Notes: a model not told the origin generated them from the letters alone. A stretch of DNA of 64,000 bases from an uncultured Candidatus Poseidoniales archaeon (GCA_964645485.1 CAZXZO010000004.1:14740-78739), one strand, 5' to 3'. Positions 9,549 to 20,692 are shown, counted from the first letter of the stretch. Program-made: numbers and translations.

Positions 9549-11012
9549 TCAGACCCAATCAATATTGTAACTATCTGAAATTATGTGCTTTTGTGTTCCG
9601 TCAGAGCAAATTAATTCTCCTTTTTGATTGATGTTTGTGACTGCCATCTTGCCTGCACCCTGTCTAAGGGTTAATCCAGATTTTAGGTGATTGGACATTA
9701 ATGACCAAATCACATTTTTTTGTCTCCATTGTTTAGGGATCAATTCCCCTGTTTCAAATTGTGAAGCTACGGAGGTGTCTAGTAAGTTTGTGAAGTCGTC
9801 TAGGTTTATGTGACCAGTTAATTCTTTTAGGCTGCTTGAGAGGTATTCTTTGTTAGAAGTTGCACCAAGATTTACTCCGATACCCAGGATTACTTTCTGT
9901 TCTTTGCCTGTTTGACGTCCTTCCACTAAGCAACCCGCAAGTTTTCCTGAATTAGTCCAGATGTCATTTGGCCAACGAATTGATAGATTGTGTTTTGCAA
10001 AAGGTTTGCATTGCGTCCAATGTGTGGAAACTAAGGGGATTTCTTGGCAAGCACATATTGCATCGATGACTGCAACTCCCGCTGCAAGTTGAATCAGTCC
10101 GGGCCCTTCATCAATCAATTTCGGATCAAGTACCCAACTACCAGCAAAATCACCAGCAGCAGTATCCCATACTCTTTTTCGTTGACCTCTGCCAACCTGT
10201 TGTTGCTTGGCTGTGACGAGGCTTCCAACTGGGAATTCCTCATCTAGGAGGTATTGGTTTGTGGAATCGATAACATCGTGAGAAACCCTAGTTGCCTTTT
10301 CGTGTGGCTTCCATGCTGCAAAACAGGTCAATCTTTCGCCGTCAACTAATTGAAGTTCAGAAGAAATTCTCGTTGCCCATCCAGCCGCTCTCCAACGACT
10401 CTGTAATGAGTTTCCACGTTCATTATTAGTGTGTAAAAGATAAACTGCGCCCCCTTGGTTCAGGAGATTATTTTCTCTGGTTAGGGTTTGCAAAAGTGCC
10501 ACCCCCCAACCGCTATTTTTTGGAGTGTCAACTAGGCCTGCATCTTCGAAAGGACCTAACCTATCGTCGTCACCACTAATTGGTGAGAGGTATGGTAGGT
10601 TCCAGGTTATAATGTCAAACGGACCCTGAGATTCTACAATTTTCTGGTTGACGAAATTGGAATCTTCATCCAAGCCAGCCTCTACTGCTTTCAGGGTGAC
10701 ATTGTTGTGACTTGCGTTGCCAGTTGTTGTAGCGATTGCAAGTGGGTTTACATCACAGGATGTAACCTGCCAACCTAGTTTTGCCGCGGCAATTGAAATG
10801 GCTCCACTACCACAACCAATTTCAAGGAGTTTTCTTCCCTTTCCTGCACCTAATTTTGATAGGCTGGAGAACAAAAGCGCAGTGTCTTCACGGGGGGGAT
10901 AAACAGTCGCCGGCACGCGGAGGGAAAGCCCCTCCTTTTCATGGTAAATCCATTCGTGAAGTAGTGCACTCTCACTCTGCATTGCGAGCTCACGTTTGGT
11001 ATGGTCATTCAC
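9549..11012 (-). CDS. fusion of HemK2/PrmC-type SAM methyltransferase and biotin-protein ligase (BPL)
   Basis: VYPPREDT, LEIGCGSG, WNLPYL (NPPY variant); then IDSTN, QQVGRGQRKRVW, RWPND, KLAGCLVE, LGIGVNL and an SH3-like C-terminus. Confidence 0.88.
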   Translation of the reverse strand: MNDHTKRELAMQSESALLHEWIYHEKEGLSLRVPATVYPPREDTALLFSSLSKLGAGKGRKLLEIGCGSGAISIAAAKLGWQVTSCDVNPLAIATTTGNASHNNVTLKAVEAGLDEDSNFVNQKIVESQGPFDIITWNLPYLSPISGDDDRLGPFEDAGLVDTPKNSGWGVALLQTLTRENNLLNQGGAVYLLHTNNERGNSLQSRWRAAGWATRISSELQLVDGERLTCFAAWKPHEKATRVSHDVIDSTNQYLLDEEFPVGSLVTAKQQQVGRGQRKRVWDTAAGDFAGSWVLDPKLIDEGPGLIQLAAGVAVIDAICACQEIPLVSTHWTQCKPFAKHNLSIRWPNDIWTNSGKLAGCLVEGRQTGKEQKVILGIGVNLGATSNKEYLSSSLKELTGHINLDDFTNLLDTSVASQFETGELIPKQWRQKNVIWSLMSNHLKSGLTLRQGAGKMAVTNINQKGELICSDGTQKHIISDSYNIDWV

Positions 11013-11206
11013 AGAGGTCCGGTGTAAGTATCATATTTCAATGGTATTTTTGATAAATCCAAGGATACCTTTATGATGAACCACAGGAAACGAGGGTTTG
11101 GAGATTTGCTCTCCTCCACATGACCGAGCGGTCATCACTGTCAGCGTATGCCATGCGACAGGCTTTTGAAGGGTACCCAAGTCCGAGGTTAGTCACCAAT
11201 AGCCAT

Positions 11207-11280
11207 GGGCCTGTAGCTCAGTCAGGTGGAGCGACGGACTTTTAATCCGTTGGTCGCGGGTTCGAACCCCGTCAGGCCCG
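11207..11280 (+). tRNA. tRNA-Lys (anticodon TTT)
   Basis: acceptor GGGCCTG/CAGGCCC, anticodon arm ACGGA-CTTTTAA-TCCGT, T-loop GTTCGAA; CCA not directly encoded. Confidence 0.97.
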
Positions 11281-11335
11281 CTCCACTCGATTGGCTCCAG
11301 TACCTCGGTTTCTTGGCGAATGTGGGGGTATGTGA

Positions 11336-11926
11336 GTGGCAGTAAAATCATCAACTAAGAAGCGATTAATGGAGCTTGGTGTTAAGGAAGAATTAGCACA
11401 CAAGTTGGCAGACGACGCGAACATGGACACCATCAAGAAAATGAGTGCCCAAGATGTCGCTACCAAATTAAGTTTGAAGATGACTGATACTGAACTTGAA
11501 ACAATCATGGATATCATTCGTGAGCAAGCCGCTTCCAAACGCCGCCGTCCAACTCGCCGAGTGGAAATGAAAGCAGAACTCAAAGCACTAGAAACAAACA
11601 TTCCACTTGGTGAAATGAGATTCAATGTCCTAAATCACGAAATCGTGCCATTGCATGAATTGGTGCCTGAAGAGGAACAGATGGAAGAATTGGCCCCTTG
11701 GGACCTTGTTGGAACCGATATTGATGGCAGCCCACGCCTTCGAATTGAATTACTTCCTAAGATTCTGATTACTGATCCAGCGATTCAGGCAATGAAAGAG
11801 GCAATGGAACAGTCTGATGGTGAGTTACGTGCAGGTTGGTTGAACAACAGAGTAGTAAGAATCACTCGAAGAAGTCCTTCAGCAGGAATTCACGTGGCAT
11901 ACAGGCTAGTAGTAGAGGGTAACTGA
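11336..11926 (+). CDS. rpoH: RNA polymerase subunit Rpo5 (H) with ~95-aa N-terminal extension
   Basis: C-terminal FNVLNHEIVPLHE...LPKILITDP...RRSPSAG..AYRLVV; first gene of the RNAP operon. Confidence 0.95.
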   Translation: MAVKSSTKKRLMELGVKEELAHKLADDANMDTIKKMSAQDVATKLSLKMTDTELETIMDIIREQAASKRRRPTRRVEMKAELKALETNIPLGEMRFNVLNHEIVPLHELVPEEEQMEELAPWDLVGTDIDGSPRLRIELLPKILITDPAIQAMKEAMEQSDGELRAGWLNNRVVRITRRSPSAGIHVAYRLVVEGN

Positions 11927-11933
11927 GGAGGCG

Positions 11934-14900
11934 ATGAATATGAGAGACATTATCAAGACATATTTCAGAGAAAGAAGTTTGGTTAATCACCAGATTGCAT
12001 CATACGATGATTGTTTGCCAAAGGGCGATGGACGAGATTGCCGTTTTGAGCAGATTGTCCGCAACATTCGTATCGGTACTGATGAAATCATTGACGATGA
12101 CGAGGGCGGATTGGTGAAGCTTGACGTTCTAGACAATGAAATTTCTGTAAGAATGAAGAATTTGACACTCGGACCACCTACAATTCGCGAGGCAAATGGT
12201 GCAAACAATGAGGACGCAACTCCCCTTGAGTGCCGTCTTCGTAAGTTGACATATTCTTCTCCGATTTTTATGGACTTCACAATACACCGTGAAGACCACC
12301 CAACACCAATCAAAGAAGATAGAGTCCAAGTTGGAAGCCTACCTGTAATGGTTCGTTCAGAAAGATGTAATCTAAATCCAGGTCACATCGACCAAAATCG
12401 AAATCTCAGCCCAGAGATGAGTGAAGAAGACCGCACTCATTACATGTCTCTTCTAAAGAAGAAGGGAGAAGATCCTTTCGACCCAGGTGGTTACTTCATC
12501 ATCAATGGAACAGAAAGAGTTCTAATTTCGATGGAGGATTTGGCGCCAAACCGAGTTACTGTTGAGATGAGCAAGAGATACAGCAGGGCAACAGAAGTTG
12601 CAAAGATTTTCTCACAAAGAGATGGTGTTCGAAAGCCACTGACTGTTGAAAAGAGAAAAGATGGCATGCTGATGGTGAAAATCAGCAGTGCTGGTGCTCA
12701 AGTTATTCCAGCAGTTCTACTAATGCGTGCTCTTGGAATCAATTCAGATGAGGAAATATTCGCATCGATTGCAGGCCACAAAGACGCTTTCAAGTACGTT
12801 GTTGCAAACATCAATCACGTCCGGGACTTGGATACTAAGGATGCTTATGGTGTGGAAACCAACGAAGAAGCACTTGCATGGTTAGAGAAGAAATTCGCTG
12901 CTGGCCAGCAAAAAGAATATCGTGAACAGCGTGTCAACAATCTAATGGATAAGGAATTACTTCCTCACCTAGGTGACCAACCCGAGCACCGTTTGAAGAA
13001 AGCGGTCTTCCTTGGGCGGATTGTTCGTCAAGTTCTAGAAATGGCAATTACTCAAGGTAAGCCAAATGATAAGGATCACTACGCAAACAAGCGTGTCCGT
13101 CTTGCTGGAGATTTAATCGAAGATTTATTCAGAGTCAGCATGACTCAACTCGCTCGTGACCTCAAGTACCAACTTGAGCGCCACCACAACAGAAAACGTG
13201 AACTAAAAATCAATAGTTGTCTACGACCAGATGTTTTGACATCAAAAATCATGCACGCTCTTGCTACAGGGAACTGGGTTGGTGGTAGAACTGGTGTCAG
13301 CCAATTGCTTGACAGAACAACCTTCATCTCAGCGCTTTCACATATGCGCCGAGTCACAAGCCCACTTGTGAGAAGCCAACCACATTTCGAAGCTAGAGAT
13401 CTTCACCCAACTCAATGGGGTCGTTTATGTCCGAACGAAACCCCTGAGGGACAAAACTGTGGTTTGGTAAAGAATGCAGCACAAATGATTGATGTTTCAG
13501 AAGCAGTATCAGAAGAAGATGTAAAAGAATTGCTAAAAGAGGCTAATGTCATTGAGCCAGAAGATTGGTCAGAAGGTTCCCGAATTCACGTGAATGGAGA
13601 CATTTTCGGTCTACACAAGAATCCTCACCGATTGGTTACTCACTTCAAACGCCGAAGAAGGAATGGAAGAATACGCCCTGAAGTCAGTATTCGCCACGAC
13701 TCAGTGAACCGTGATATATTCATCAATACAGACAAAGGAAGAATTCTGCGTCCGTTATTAGTTCTTGAGAGCGGCAATCTTTCTCTAGCAAAGGAGCACT
13801 TAGTTGCTCTTGCAGACCGTGAGATGAACTTCAAAGACCTCGTAAACGAAGGAGTAGTTGAATGGGTAGATGCAGAAGAAGAAGAAGACCTTCTTGTCGC
13901 TCCACGGCCTTACGACCTACCAACACTTTCTCCAAAACACCAGCGCCCAATCGACCCAGCAAAGGTCACATGGACAAATCTCGGTGAGTTTGACATTTCA
14001 GAAGCAGAGTTAGAGGTGGAAGTCCAATTATCCAATGGTGCATGGGTGACAGAGAAATTCACTCGCCCTCTGAACTATTTCCAAGAAGATATTGAGAAGC
14101 TTCGCCGCAAAGAAAAGAAGAGTGGCAATGTATTAGTTTATACTCACGTTGAAATTGACCCGCAGTTGATTTTGGGTGTTTGTGCGAGTTTAGTCCCATT
14201 CCCCGAACACAACTCGACCCCTCGAGTTACTGGTGGAACTGCAATGGTCAAACAATCTCTTGGCCTACCAGCAAGTAATCACCGCGTAAGACCTGATACT
14301 CGAATGCACATTCTAGACTACCCGCAACGATCTATCGTGCAAACACAATCAATGGAATCAACAAACTTTGTCAATCGCCCTGGTGGACAAAATTATATCG
14401 TTGCAATTCTAAGTCATCACGGCTATAATATGCAGGACGCGGTCATTATGAACCGTGCTTCAGTTGAAAGAGCACTTGGTCGTTCAAGTTTCGTTAGAAC
14501 TTACAATGCTGAAAGGAAGAGATTCCCCGGTGGACAAGAAGAAGAAATCCAAATCCCTGGTGCGGGACAAGATGAAGTTAAAGGTCGTAAAGACAGCAAA
14601 GAGTATGCTCACTTGGAGTACGATGGGTTACCTCATCCAGAAACTATGCTTTCAGGAAAGAGAGATGAGGACCCCGCTGTGTTGGTTGGAAAGACAAGTC
14701 CCCCAAGATTCCTAGAGGAAGGTCATGGTGCTTTCATGATGGGACAATACCGCCAAGAATCCAGTATGCATGTGAGGCATGGAGAAAATGGTCATGTTGA
14801 CCATTTGTTCGTGACTGAGAGCCTCGATGCTGGGCGTTTAGTAAGAATCGTACTACGTCAACACAGAATCCCTGAATTGGGTGATAAATTTTCATCAAGA

Positions 14901-15617
14901 CACGGGCAAAAAGGAGTTGTTGGCCGCTTGGTTGACCAAGAAGATATGCCGTTCACTGTTGATGGAGTCGTGCCTGATTTGATTATCAACCCACACGCTA
15001 TTCCTAGCAGAATGACAGTCGCTCACATTCTAGAAATGATTGGCGGCAAGGTTGGTGCCATGGAAGGTAGATATGTTGATGCTTCAGCATTCTCTGGTGA
15101 AAAAGAGACTGCTCTTCGAGAAGGATTGCTGCGAAACGGATTCCAGCATACAGGAAGAGAACGCATGATCAATGGTGAAACTGGTGATGAGTACGAATCA
15201 AACGTTTTCGTTGGTTGTATCTATTATCAGAAACTGCACCACATGGTTAGCAGTAAAATCCACGCACGAAGTCGTGGAAGAGTGCAAATATTGACTCGTC
15301 AACCCACAGAAGGTCGAGCTCGACAAGGTGGACTACGGTTCGGAGAGATGGAGAGAGACTGTCTGATTGCTCATGGTGCTTCCATGGTTATCAAAGACAG
15401 ACTATTGGATGAATCAGACGGTGTTACCCTGCCAGTTTGTGCCGAAAGCGGTCACATTGCATACTGGGATAATCGCCGCCGCTGTTACGTCAGCCCGGTG
15501 TATGGTGAAAGTGCAGAAGTTCATCTTGTAGAAACCTCATATGCATTCAAGTTATTACTAGACGAAATGAAATCACTTGGAGTTGCCATGCGACTTCAAT
15601 TGGAGGACAGGAGGTGA
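11934..15617 (+). CDS. rpoB: RNA polymerase subunit Rpo2 (B), unsplit
   Basis: GYFIINGTERV, ETPEGQNCGLVKN, GDKFSSRHGQKG, GGLRFGEMERD. Confidence 0.99.
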   Translation: MNMRDIIKTYFRERSLVNHQIASYDDCLPKGDGRDCRFEQIVRNIRIGTDEIIDDDEGGLVKLDVLDNEISVRMKNLTLGPPTIREANGANNEDATPLECRLRKLTYSSPIFMDFTIHREDHPTPIKEDRVQVGSLPVMVRSERCNLNPGHIDQNRNLSPEMSEEDRTHYMSLLKKKGEDPFDPGGYFIINGTERVLISMEDLAPNRVTVEMSKRYSRATEVAKIFSQRDGVRKPLTVEKRKDGMLMVKISSAGAQVIPAVLLMRALGINSDEEIFASIAGHKDAFKYVVANINHVRDLDTKDAYGVETNEEALAWLEKKFAAGQQKEYREQRVNNLMDKELLPHLGDQPEHRLKKAVFLGRIVRQVLEMAITQGKPNDKDHYANKRVRLAGDLIEDLFRVSMTQLARDLKYQLERHHNRKRELKINSCLRPDVLTSKIMHALATGNWVGGRTGVSQLLDRTTFISALSHMRRVTSPLVRSQPHFEARDLHPTQWGRLCPNETPEGQNCGLVKNAAQMIDVSEAVSEEDVKELLKEANVIEPEDWSEGSRIHVNGDIFGLHKNPHRLVTHFKRRRRNGRIRPEVSIRHDSVNRDIFINTDKGRILRPLLVLESGNLSLAKEHLVALADREMNFKDLVNEGVVEWVDAEEEEDLLVAPRPYDLPTLSPKHQRPIDPAKVTWTNLGEFDISEAELEVEVQLSNGAWVTEKFTRPLNYFQEDIEKLRRKEKKSGNVLVYTHVEIDPQLILGVCASLVPFPEHNSTPRVTGGTAMVKQSLGLPASNHRVRPDTRMHILDYPQRSIVQTQSMESTNFVNRPGGQNYIVAILSHHGYNMQDAVIMNRASVERALGRSSFVRTYNAERKRFPGGQEEEIQIPGAGQDEVKGRKDSKEYAHLEYDGLPHPETMLSGKRDEDPAVLVGKTSPPRFLEEGHGAFMMGQYRQESSMHVRHGENGHVDHLFVTESLDAGRLVRIVLRQHRIPELGDKFSSRHGQKGVVGRLVDQEDMPFTVDGVVPDLIINPHAIPSRMTVAHILEMIGGKVGAMEGRYVDASAFSGEKETALREGLLRNGFQHTGRERMINGETGDEYESNVFVGCIYYQKLHHMVSSKIHARSRGRVQILTRQPTEGRARQGGLRFGEMERDCLIAHGASMVIKDRLLDESDGVTLPVCAESGHIAYWDNRRRCYVSPVYGESAEVHLVETSYAFKLLLDEMKSLGVAMRLQLEDRR

Positions 15618-15622
15618 TTTGA

Positions 15623-18600
15623 ATGGCTAAAAAACTAGATGCATCAAAGATTCCAAAGCGTATTGCTTCAATCAAATTTGGATTGATGGCACCAAACGAG
15701 ATCCGCCGACTGAGCGCAGTAGAAGTCAAAACTGCTGATACTTACAAGGACGATGGACACGCATTCCACCAAGGTCTAATGGACCCTCAGATGGGTGTAA
15801 TTGAACAAGGAATTCGTTGTGAAACTTGCGGAAATAAGCATGATGAGTGTCCAAGTCACTTCGGTCACATACAACTCGAATTACCTGTTATCCACTGTGG
15901 TTTCACACCACTCATCAAGACTGCACTGAAGACCACTTGCAACAAATGTTACCGTGTTCTTCTGCACGAAACCCCAGGTACGCACCCAGTTGATAGTGAA
16001 CTTTCAGAGCAAGATTTCTATCGTAACAGAGTATTGGATATCATTCAGAAGCACGGTCCAGGTTCACCTGAACTAAAGAAAATCATCAAGGATATTGAGA
16101 AAACTTGCAGTGGTAAAAAGCGAATGGTTTGCATGCACTGTGGAAGCGAACAAGGAAAAATCTTACTTGAGAAGCCGACAACTTTCAAAGAAAAGAAAGA
16201 GGACAAGAGCGAGCACAAATTGAACGCTAGAGATATTCGTGAATGGCTTGAAGGAATTCCTGCTGATGACCTAATTTACATAGGGATGGATAAGGAATCA
16301 AACCGTCCAGAATGGGTAGTCATGAGAGTGCTTCCAGTACCGCCGATTACCGTACGCCCTTCTATCACACTAGAAAGTGGTGACCGTTCAGAGGACGACC
16401 TAACCCACAAGCTTGTGGATGTATTGAGAATCAATCAACGATTACGAGAAAATCGTGACCAAGGTGCTCCACAACTGATTGTAGAAGACCTTTGGGAACT
16501 TCTCCAATATCACATAACTACTTACTTTGACAACCAAACAAGTGGTGTTCCACCGGCTCGTCACCGTAGTGGTAGGCCACTCAAGACGCTAACACAGCGA
16601 TTGAAAGGTAAGGAAGGAAGATTCCGTAGTAACTTGTCTGGAAAGCGTGTGAACTTCTGTGCGCGTTCAGTTATTTCACCAGATCCATTCTTAGGAATAA
16701 ACGAAGTTGGTGTACCCGAGCAATCTGCGAAAGATTTGACCGTGCCAATCCGTGTTACCAAGCGTAACCGTGAACAACTTCGTGAGATGATTTTGCGCGG
16801 ACCTGATAATCACCCCGGTGTGAATTATATTGTTCGCGGCGACACTCACCGTGTTCGAATTACTGACAGAACCAAGTTCATTTGGTCTGGTTTCCGCTGT
16901 ATGAATCCTGTTTGTGATGGGGGAGACCCTGAACGTGATGAGCCTTACGAGGGAATGGCTCCAGAACTTAACGAAGTTCTCAGAGCACCAAATTTCTTGC
17001 CTGGTTTAGTTATCAAGAAGGAAAATCGTCGTACTATTGAAGGTTTACAAGAGAACTGGGTTGCTGATTTAGAGGCTACAATTGCTAACTTACGTGGCGA
17101 AGATGAGAATGGAAATCAACTTCCTGATGATGACCCACGCACAATCATCCACAACCGCTGGAGATGGGAGCAAGAACAAGCTGAAGACGCTCCATACCCT
17201 GAACATCTGGATGTCATTTGCCCACACTGTGGTTCACCATGGGATGAGGAAGATGAAGAAAGAACACAGGTAGAGGACAGACTTGCAACTGTTGATTTGG
17301 ATGGAAGCCCCAAGCCAGGTATGGTAGTTGAGCGCCATTTGATTGACGGCGATGTTGTAATTTTCAACCGACAACCTTCACTTCACCGTATGTCAATGAT
17401 GGTTCACGAAGTAAGAGTGATGGAGGGTAAAACATTCCGTTTCAATCTGTCAGTTTGTACTCCTTACAACGCTGATTTCGATGGTGATGAGATGAATCTC
17501 CACATTATTCAGTCAGAGGAGGCTCGTGCTGAAGCGAAGGTTTTGATGCGTGTGCAAGAGAATATTCTGAGCCCACGTTACGGTGGCGCAGTTATTGGAG
17601 GTATTCACGACCACATTTCAGGTGCATATTTGCTGACCAATAGCGACCGTATTGTTGCCAAAGGACAAGCCTTAGAAATCCTAAGTAAAATCAATTGGAC
17701 TGGTACTTTGCCAAAGGAAGTCAAAGGCGAAAACGGCGAAATTGGTTACAATGGACGTGAACTTCTGAATTTGATTATACCTTCAGGCATTAATCTAAGT
17801 TACAAGAGTCGAAGTAACGACCAAGTTGAAGTCATTGATGGTGAAATTCTATCAGGTACTATCGACAAGACAGGTATTGGTGCAGAGGATGGAAAACTGC
17901 TTGATGCGGTACTCCAAGTTCATGGGAGCACAAGGGGAGCACAATTCCTCAACGAGTTAACTCAACTTACAATTGGAATATGTACTGCTCTAGGATTTAC
18001 TACTGGAATTGATGATGAAGACCTTCCACCAGCAGCACGCTCAGAAATCACTGAGATAAACTCAACAGCTATTGCAGATGTCGATGCAAAACTCGAACAA
18101 TATGGTAAGAGCGGGCGTGGTTACGAAGCAAGACCGGGGCGCACTCCATTAGAAACCCTTGAAGAAGATATCATGCAGATTCTGGACCAGTCGAGATCAA
18201 GAACTGGTGAAATTGCAAAGGAACATCTAGCGAGTGATAACGCTGCAGTAATGATGGCTGTATCGGGCGCTCGTGGTTCTATGGACAATCTTTCAATGAT
18301 GGCCGGTTCAATTGGACAGACTCGAGTTCGTGGTCAGCGTCTTGAGAGAGGTTACAAGGATAGAGTACTTTCACACTTTGAGAGAAATGCGAAGGGTGCA
18401 CAGGAGAAAGGATTTGTTCAATCTTCATTCAAGAGAGGACTAGAACCAACAGAGTTCTTTATGCTCTCAGTATCTGGAAGAGAATCTCTGGTCGATACTG
18501 CTGTTCGTACCAGCAAATCAGGATATATGCAGCGCCGTCTCATCAATGCGATGGACGATTTGAAGGTTCACGGAGATTCTCATCACTCAGTTAGAAACAC

Positions 18601-18721
18601 TGCGGACAGAATTATCCAATTCAGTTATGGTGAGGATGGAACTGACCCAACAAGAAGTATCAGAGGTTCTGCAATTAATATCAGAGATGTTCTTGATAAC
18701 GCACTAGGAGGTGAGAAGTAA
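15623..18721 (+). CDS. rpoA1: RNA polymerase subunit Rpo1N (A')
   Basis: CETC...[47 protein letters not shown]. Confidence 0.99.
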   Translation: MAKKLDASKIPKRIASIKFGLMAPNEIRRLSAVEVKTADTYKDDGHAFHQGLMDPQMGVIEQGIRCETCGNKHDECPSHFGHIQLELPVIHCGFTPLIKTALKTTCNKCYRVLLHETPGTHPVDSELSEQDFYRNRVLDIIQKHGPGSPELKKIIKDIEKTCSGKKRMVCMHCGSEQGKILLEKPTTFKEKKEDKSEHKLNARDIREWLEGIPADDLIYIGMDKESNRPEWVVMRVLPVPPITVRPSITLESGDRSEDDLTHKLVDVLRINQRLRENRDQGAPQLIVEDLWELLQYHITTYFDNQTSGVPPARHRSGRPLKTLTQRLKGKEGRFRSNLSGKRVNFCARSVISPDPFLGINEVGVPEQSAKDLTVPIRVTKRNREQLREMILRGPDNHPGVNYIVRGDTHRVRITDRTKFIWSGFRCMNPVCDGGDPERDEPYEGMAPELNEVLRAPNFLPGLVIKKENRRTIEGLQENWVADLEATIANLRGEDENGNQLPDDDPRTIIHNRWRWEQEQAEDAPYPEHLDVICPHCGSPWDEEDEERTQVEDRLATVDLDGSPKPGMVVERHLIDGDVVIFNRQPSLHRMSMMVHEVRVMEGKTFRFNLSVCTPYNADFDGDEMNLHIIQSEEARAEAKVLMRVQENILSPRYGGAVIGGIHDHISGAYLLTNSDRIVAKGQALEILSKINWTGTLPKEVKGENGEIGYNGRELLNLIIPSGINLSYKSRSNDQVEVIDGEILSGTIDKTGIGAEDGKLLDAVLQVHGSTRGAQFLNELTQLTIGICTALGFTTGIDDEDLPPAARSEITEINSTAIADVDAKLEQYGKSGRGYEARPGRTPLETLEEDIMQILDQSRSRTGEIAKEHLASDNAAVMMAVSGARGSMDNLSMMAGSIGQTRVRGQRLERGYKDRVLSHFERNAKGAQEKGFVQSSFKRGLEPTEFFMLSVSGRESLVDTAVRTSKSGYMQRRLINAMDDLKVHGDSHHSVRNTADRIIQFSYGEDGTDPTRSIRGSAINIRDVLDNALGGEK

Positions 18722-20256
18722 TGGTAGTTAAGTCAGCAACCAAGAAGAAACTCATGGATATGGGTATTCCCGAAGATTATGCACATAATCTCGCTGATGG
18801 CCGCAAATGGGATGATGTCAAGATATTATCACAAGGTGAAATTGCAAAGATTTGTGGACTTTCATCAGATGAAGCAGATAAATTATCTCAAGTAATTCAA
18901 AAGTTCGGAAAGCGAACTCGTTCTACTGCAGCATCAACAACTAGCACCACTGTCGTCCGTCGCCGTGCAGCAAAGAGGAGAGTCAAAGTTCAGCAAGAAC
19001 TTGAACAATTTGACCCCGAATTGAAAATGGAACAACTGAATAGAGGCCTAAACGCTACAGATATTTTTACCGCTTTGGTTAATGCTGCGGAAAAGGAAGG
19101 TTCAACACTTTCCAAACTTGTCTTGAGTAATTTAGCCGACCAAATTGAGAAGCGGGGGATGAACAAATTGACAGCCAAGCAAGCATCATCAGTTATACAA
19201 GAAGCAGACCAAGCTTCTGTGGCTACTGGAGTAGATCCGTTTGAAGCAGTTGGAATTGTTACTGCACAATCAATCGGAGAACCAGGAACCCAGATGACTA
19301 TGCGTACTTTCCACTATGCGGGTGTAGCAACTGTAAACGTCACTCAAGGTTTGCCAAGAATCATTGAGATTGTTGATGCTCGAAAGAAATCATCGACTCC
19401 AACAATGAGAATTCACTTGGATGATGAATTAAAGCATGATGAAAAGAAAGTCAGAAATCTTGCAGCTTCTCTTGAAATAACTGATGCTAAAGACATTGCA
19501 GTCATTGAGACTGATGTCACACAGCGCAGAATTACTTTGAAATTAATTCCATCAAACATGAAACAGAAAGGTGTTAAACCCGTTGAAGTCAAAGAGATAC
19601 TTTCTCGCAGACTTCGTCTTTTCATCGAAGCAGATAACGATGTTCGACCAAAGTTGTTGACCATCATTCCAGGTCGAAAGAAAGAAAGCGACGATGTCAC
19701 TCCGAATTACACTGAATTGTTGGCATTAGAAGAAAAAGTGAAGGAATTACGCTTGAAAGGTGTAACCGATATTCAGCGAGCAAACACGCAGAAAGATGCA
19801 GGAACTGGAGAATATTATATCGCTACCATTGGAAGTAATCTAGCAGCAGTAAGTGAATTTGAAGGAATTGACCGTGCTCGAACATACACTAACAACATCA
19901 CCGAGATCCACCAATATCTAGGGGTTGAGGCGGCACGACAAGCGATAATTAATGAATTAATTTTGACTCTTCAAGATGCACGTTTGGATGTTGATGTAAG
20001 ACATTTGATTACTGTAGCCGATGTTATGACAAGTGAAGGCGAAGTTCGTGCAATCGGACGCCACGGTGTTTCAGGAAACAAACACAGTATCTTGGCTCGT
20101 GCTGCTTTCGAAGTAACAGTGAACCATCTTCTAAGAGCTGGAATCATTGGCGAACAAGACGAATTAGCTGGAGTTGCTGAGAACATTATTGTTGGACAAC
20201 CTGTTGCCCTTGGCACTGGTAGTGTTGAACTGTTCTACATCCCAGATGAGGAATAA
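18721..20256 (+). CDS. rpoA2: RNA polymerase subunit Rpo1C (A'') with long N-terminal extension
   Basis: [45 protein letters not shown]; 511 aa. Confidence 0.99.
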   Translation: MVVKSATKKKLMDMGIPEDYAHNLADGRKWDDVKILSQGEIAKICGLSSDEADKLSQVIQKFGKRTRSTAASTTSTTVVRRRAAKRRVKVQQELEQFDPELKMEQLNRGLNATDIFTALVNAAEKEGSTLSKLVLSNLADQIEKRGMNKLTAKQASSVIQEADQASVATGVDPFEAVGIVTAQSIGEPGTQMTMRTFHYAGVATVNVTQGLPRIIEIVDARKKSSTPTMRIHLDDELKHDEKKVRNLAASLEITDAKDIAVIETDVTQRRITLKLIPSNMKQKGVKPVEVKEILSRRLRLFIEADNDVRPKLLTIIPGRKKESDDVTPNYTELLALEEKVKELRLKGVTDIQRANTQKDAGTGEYYIATIGSNLAAVSEFEGIDRARTYTNNITEIHQYLGVEAARQAIINELILTLQDARLDVDVRHLITVADVMTSEGEVRAIGRHGVSGNKHSILARAAFEVTVNHLLRAGIIGEQDELAGVAENIIVGQPVALGTGSVELFYIPDEE

Positions 20257-20303
20257 TTAAAATCCCACCATGAGAAACAAATGTGGAGTATGGAGGAATA
20301 AAA

Positions 20304-20603
20304 ATGGATATAGTAAAACAATTAAAAACAGCGATTAAGAATGGTACCTTGCTATTTGGTCAAAACCAAACTGCAACGGCTTGTGCACATGGGGAAGCGA
20401 AATTAGTTATTTTAGCGGCAAATTGCCCCCAAGATTATGTGGAAGAATTACACAGTAGTCATCCAGATATACCCATTCACAGGGTATCGATGGTCAATAG
20501 AGAATTAGGCGCTGCTTGCGCAAAGCCATTCCATGTCAGTTCTATTTGTGTGGTTGATGCAGGTAGCAGCGATTTACTCTCATTGAGAAGTAACCTTGAA
20601 TGA
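20304..20603 (+). CDS. rpl30e: 50S ribosomal protein L30e
   Basis: GTLLFGQNQT, KLVILAANCP, ELGAACAKPF.VS; GGAGG Shine-Dalgarno before ATG 20304. Confidence 0.95.
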   Translation: MDIVKQLKTAIKNGTLLFGQNQTATACAHGEAKLVILAANCPQDYVEELHSSHPDIPIHRVSMVNRELGAACAKPFHVSSICVVDAGSSDLLSLRSNLE

Positions 20604-20692
20604 TTCCGCGAAATCAGTTTAACTCTGAATCTGGCCCTAAAGGGCCAACATCAAGGCGAGCATTGATGTGTCAATGAAGTAGCCGAGCATCA

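Noticed and set aside
11934-15617. Unsplit rpoB as a novelty
   Set aside because: Unsplit Rpo2 is normal in Thermoplasmatota and Thermococcales.
16873-17310. Possible intein in Rpo1N
   Set aside because: No Cys/Ser at a junction, no terminal HN-C/S/T (the HN present is followed by Arg) and no LAGLIDADG motif; treated as a domain insertion.
11715-17315. D[IL]DGSP[RK] motif in both the Rpo5 insert and the end of the Rpo1N insert
   Set aside because: Only 6-7 residues; cannot be distinguished from chance without alignments.
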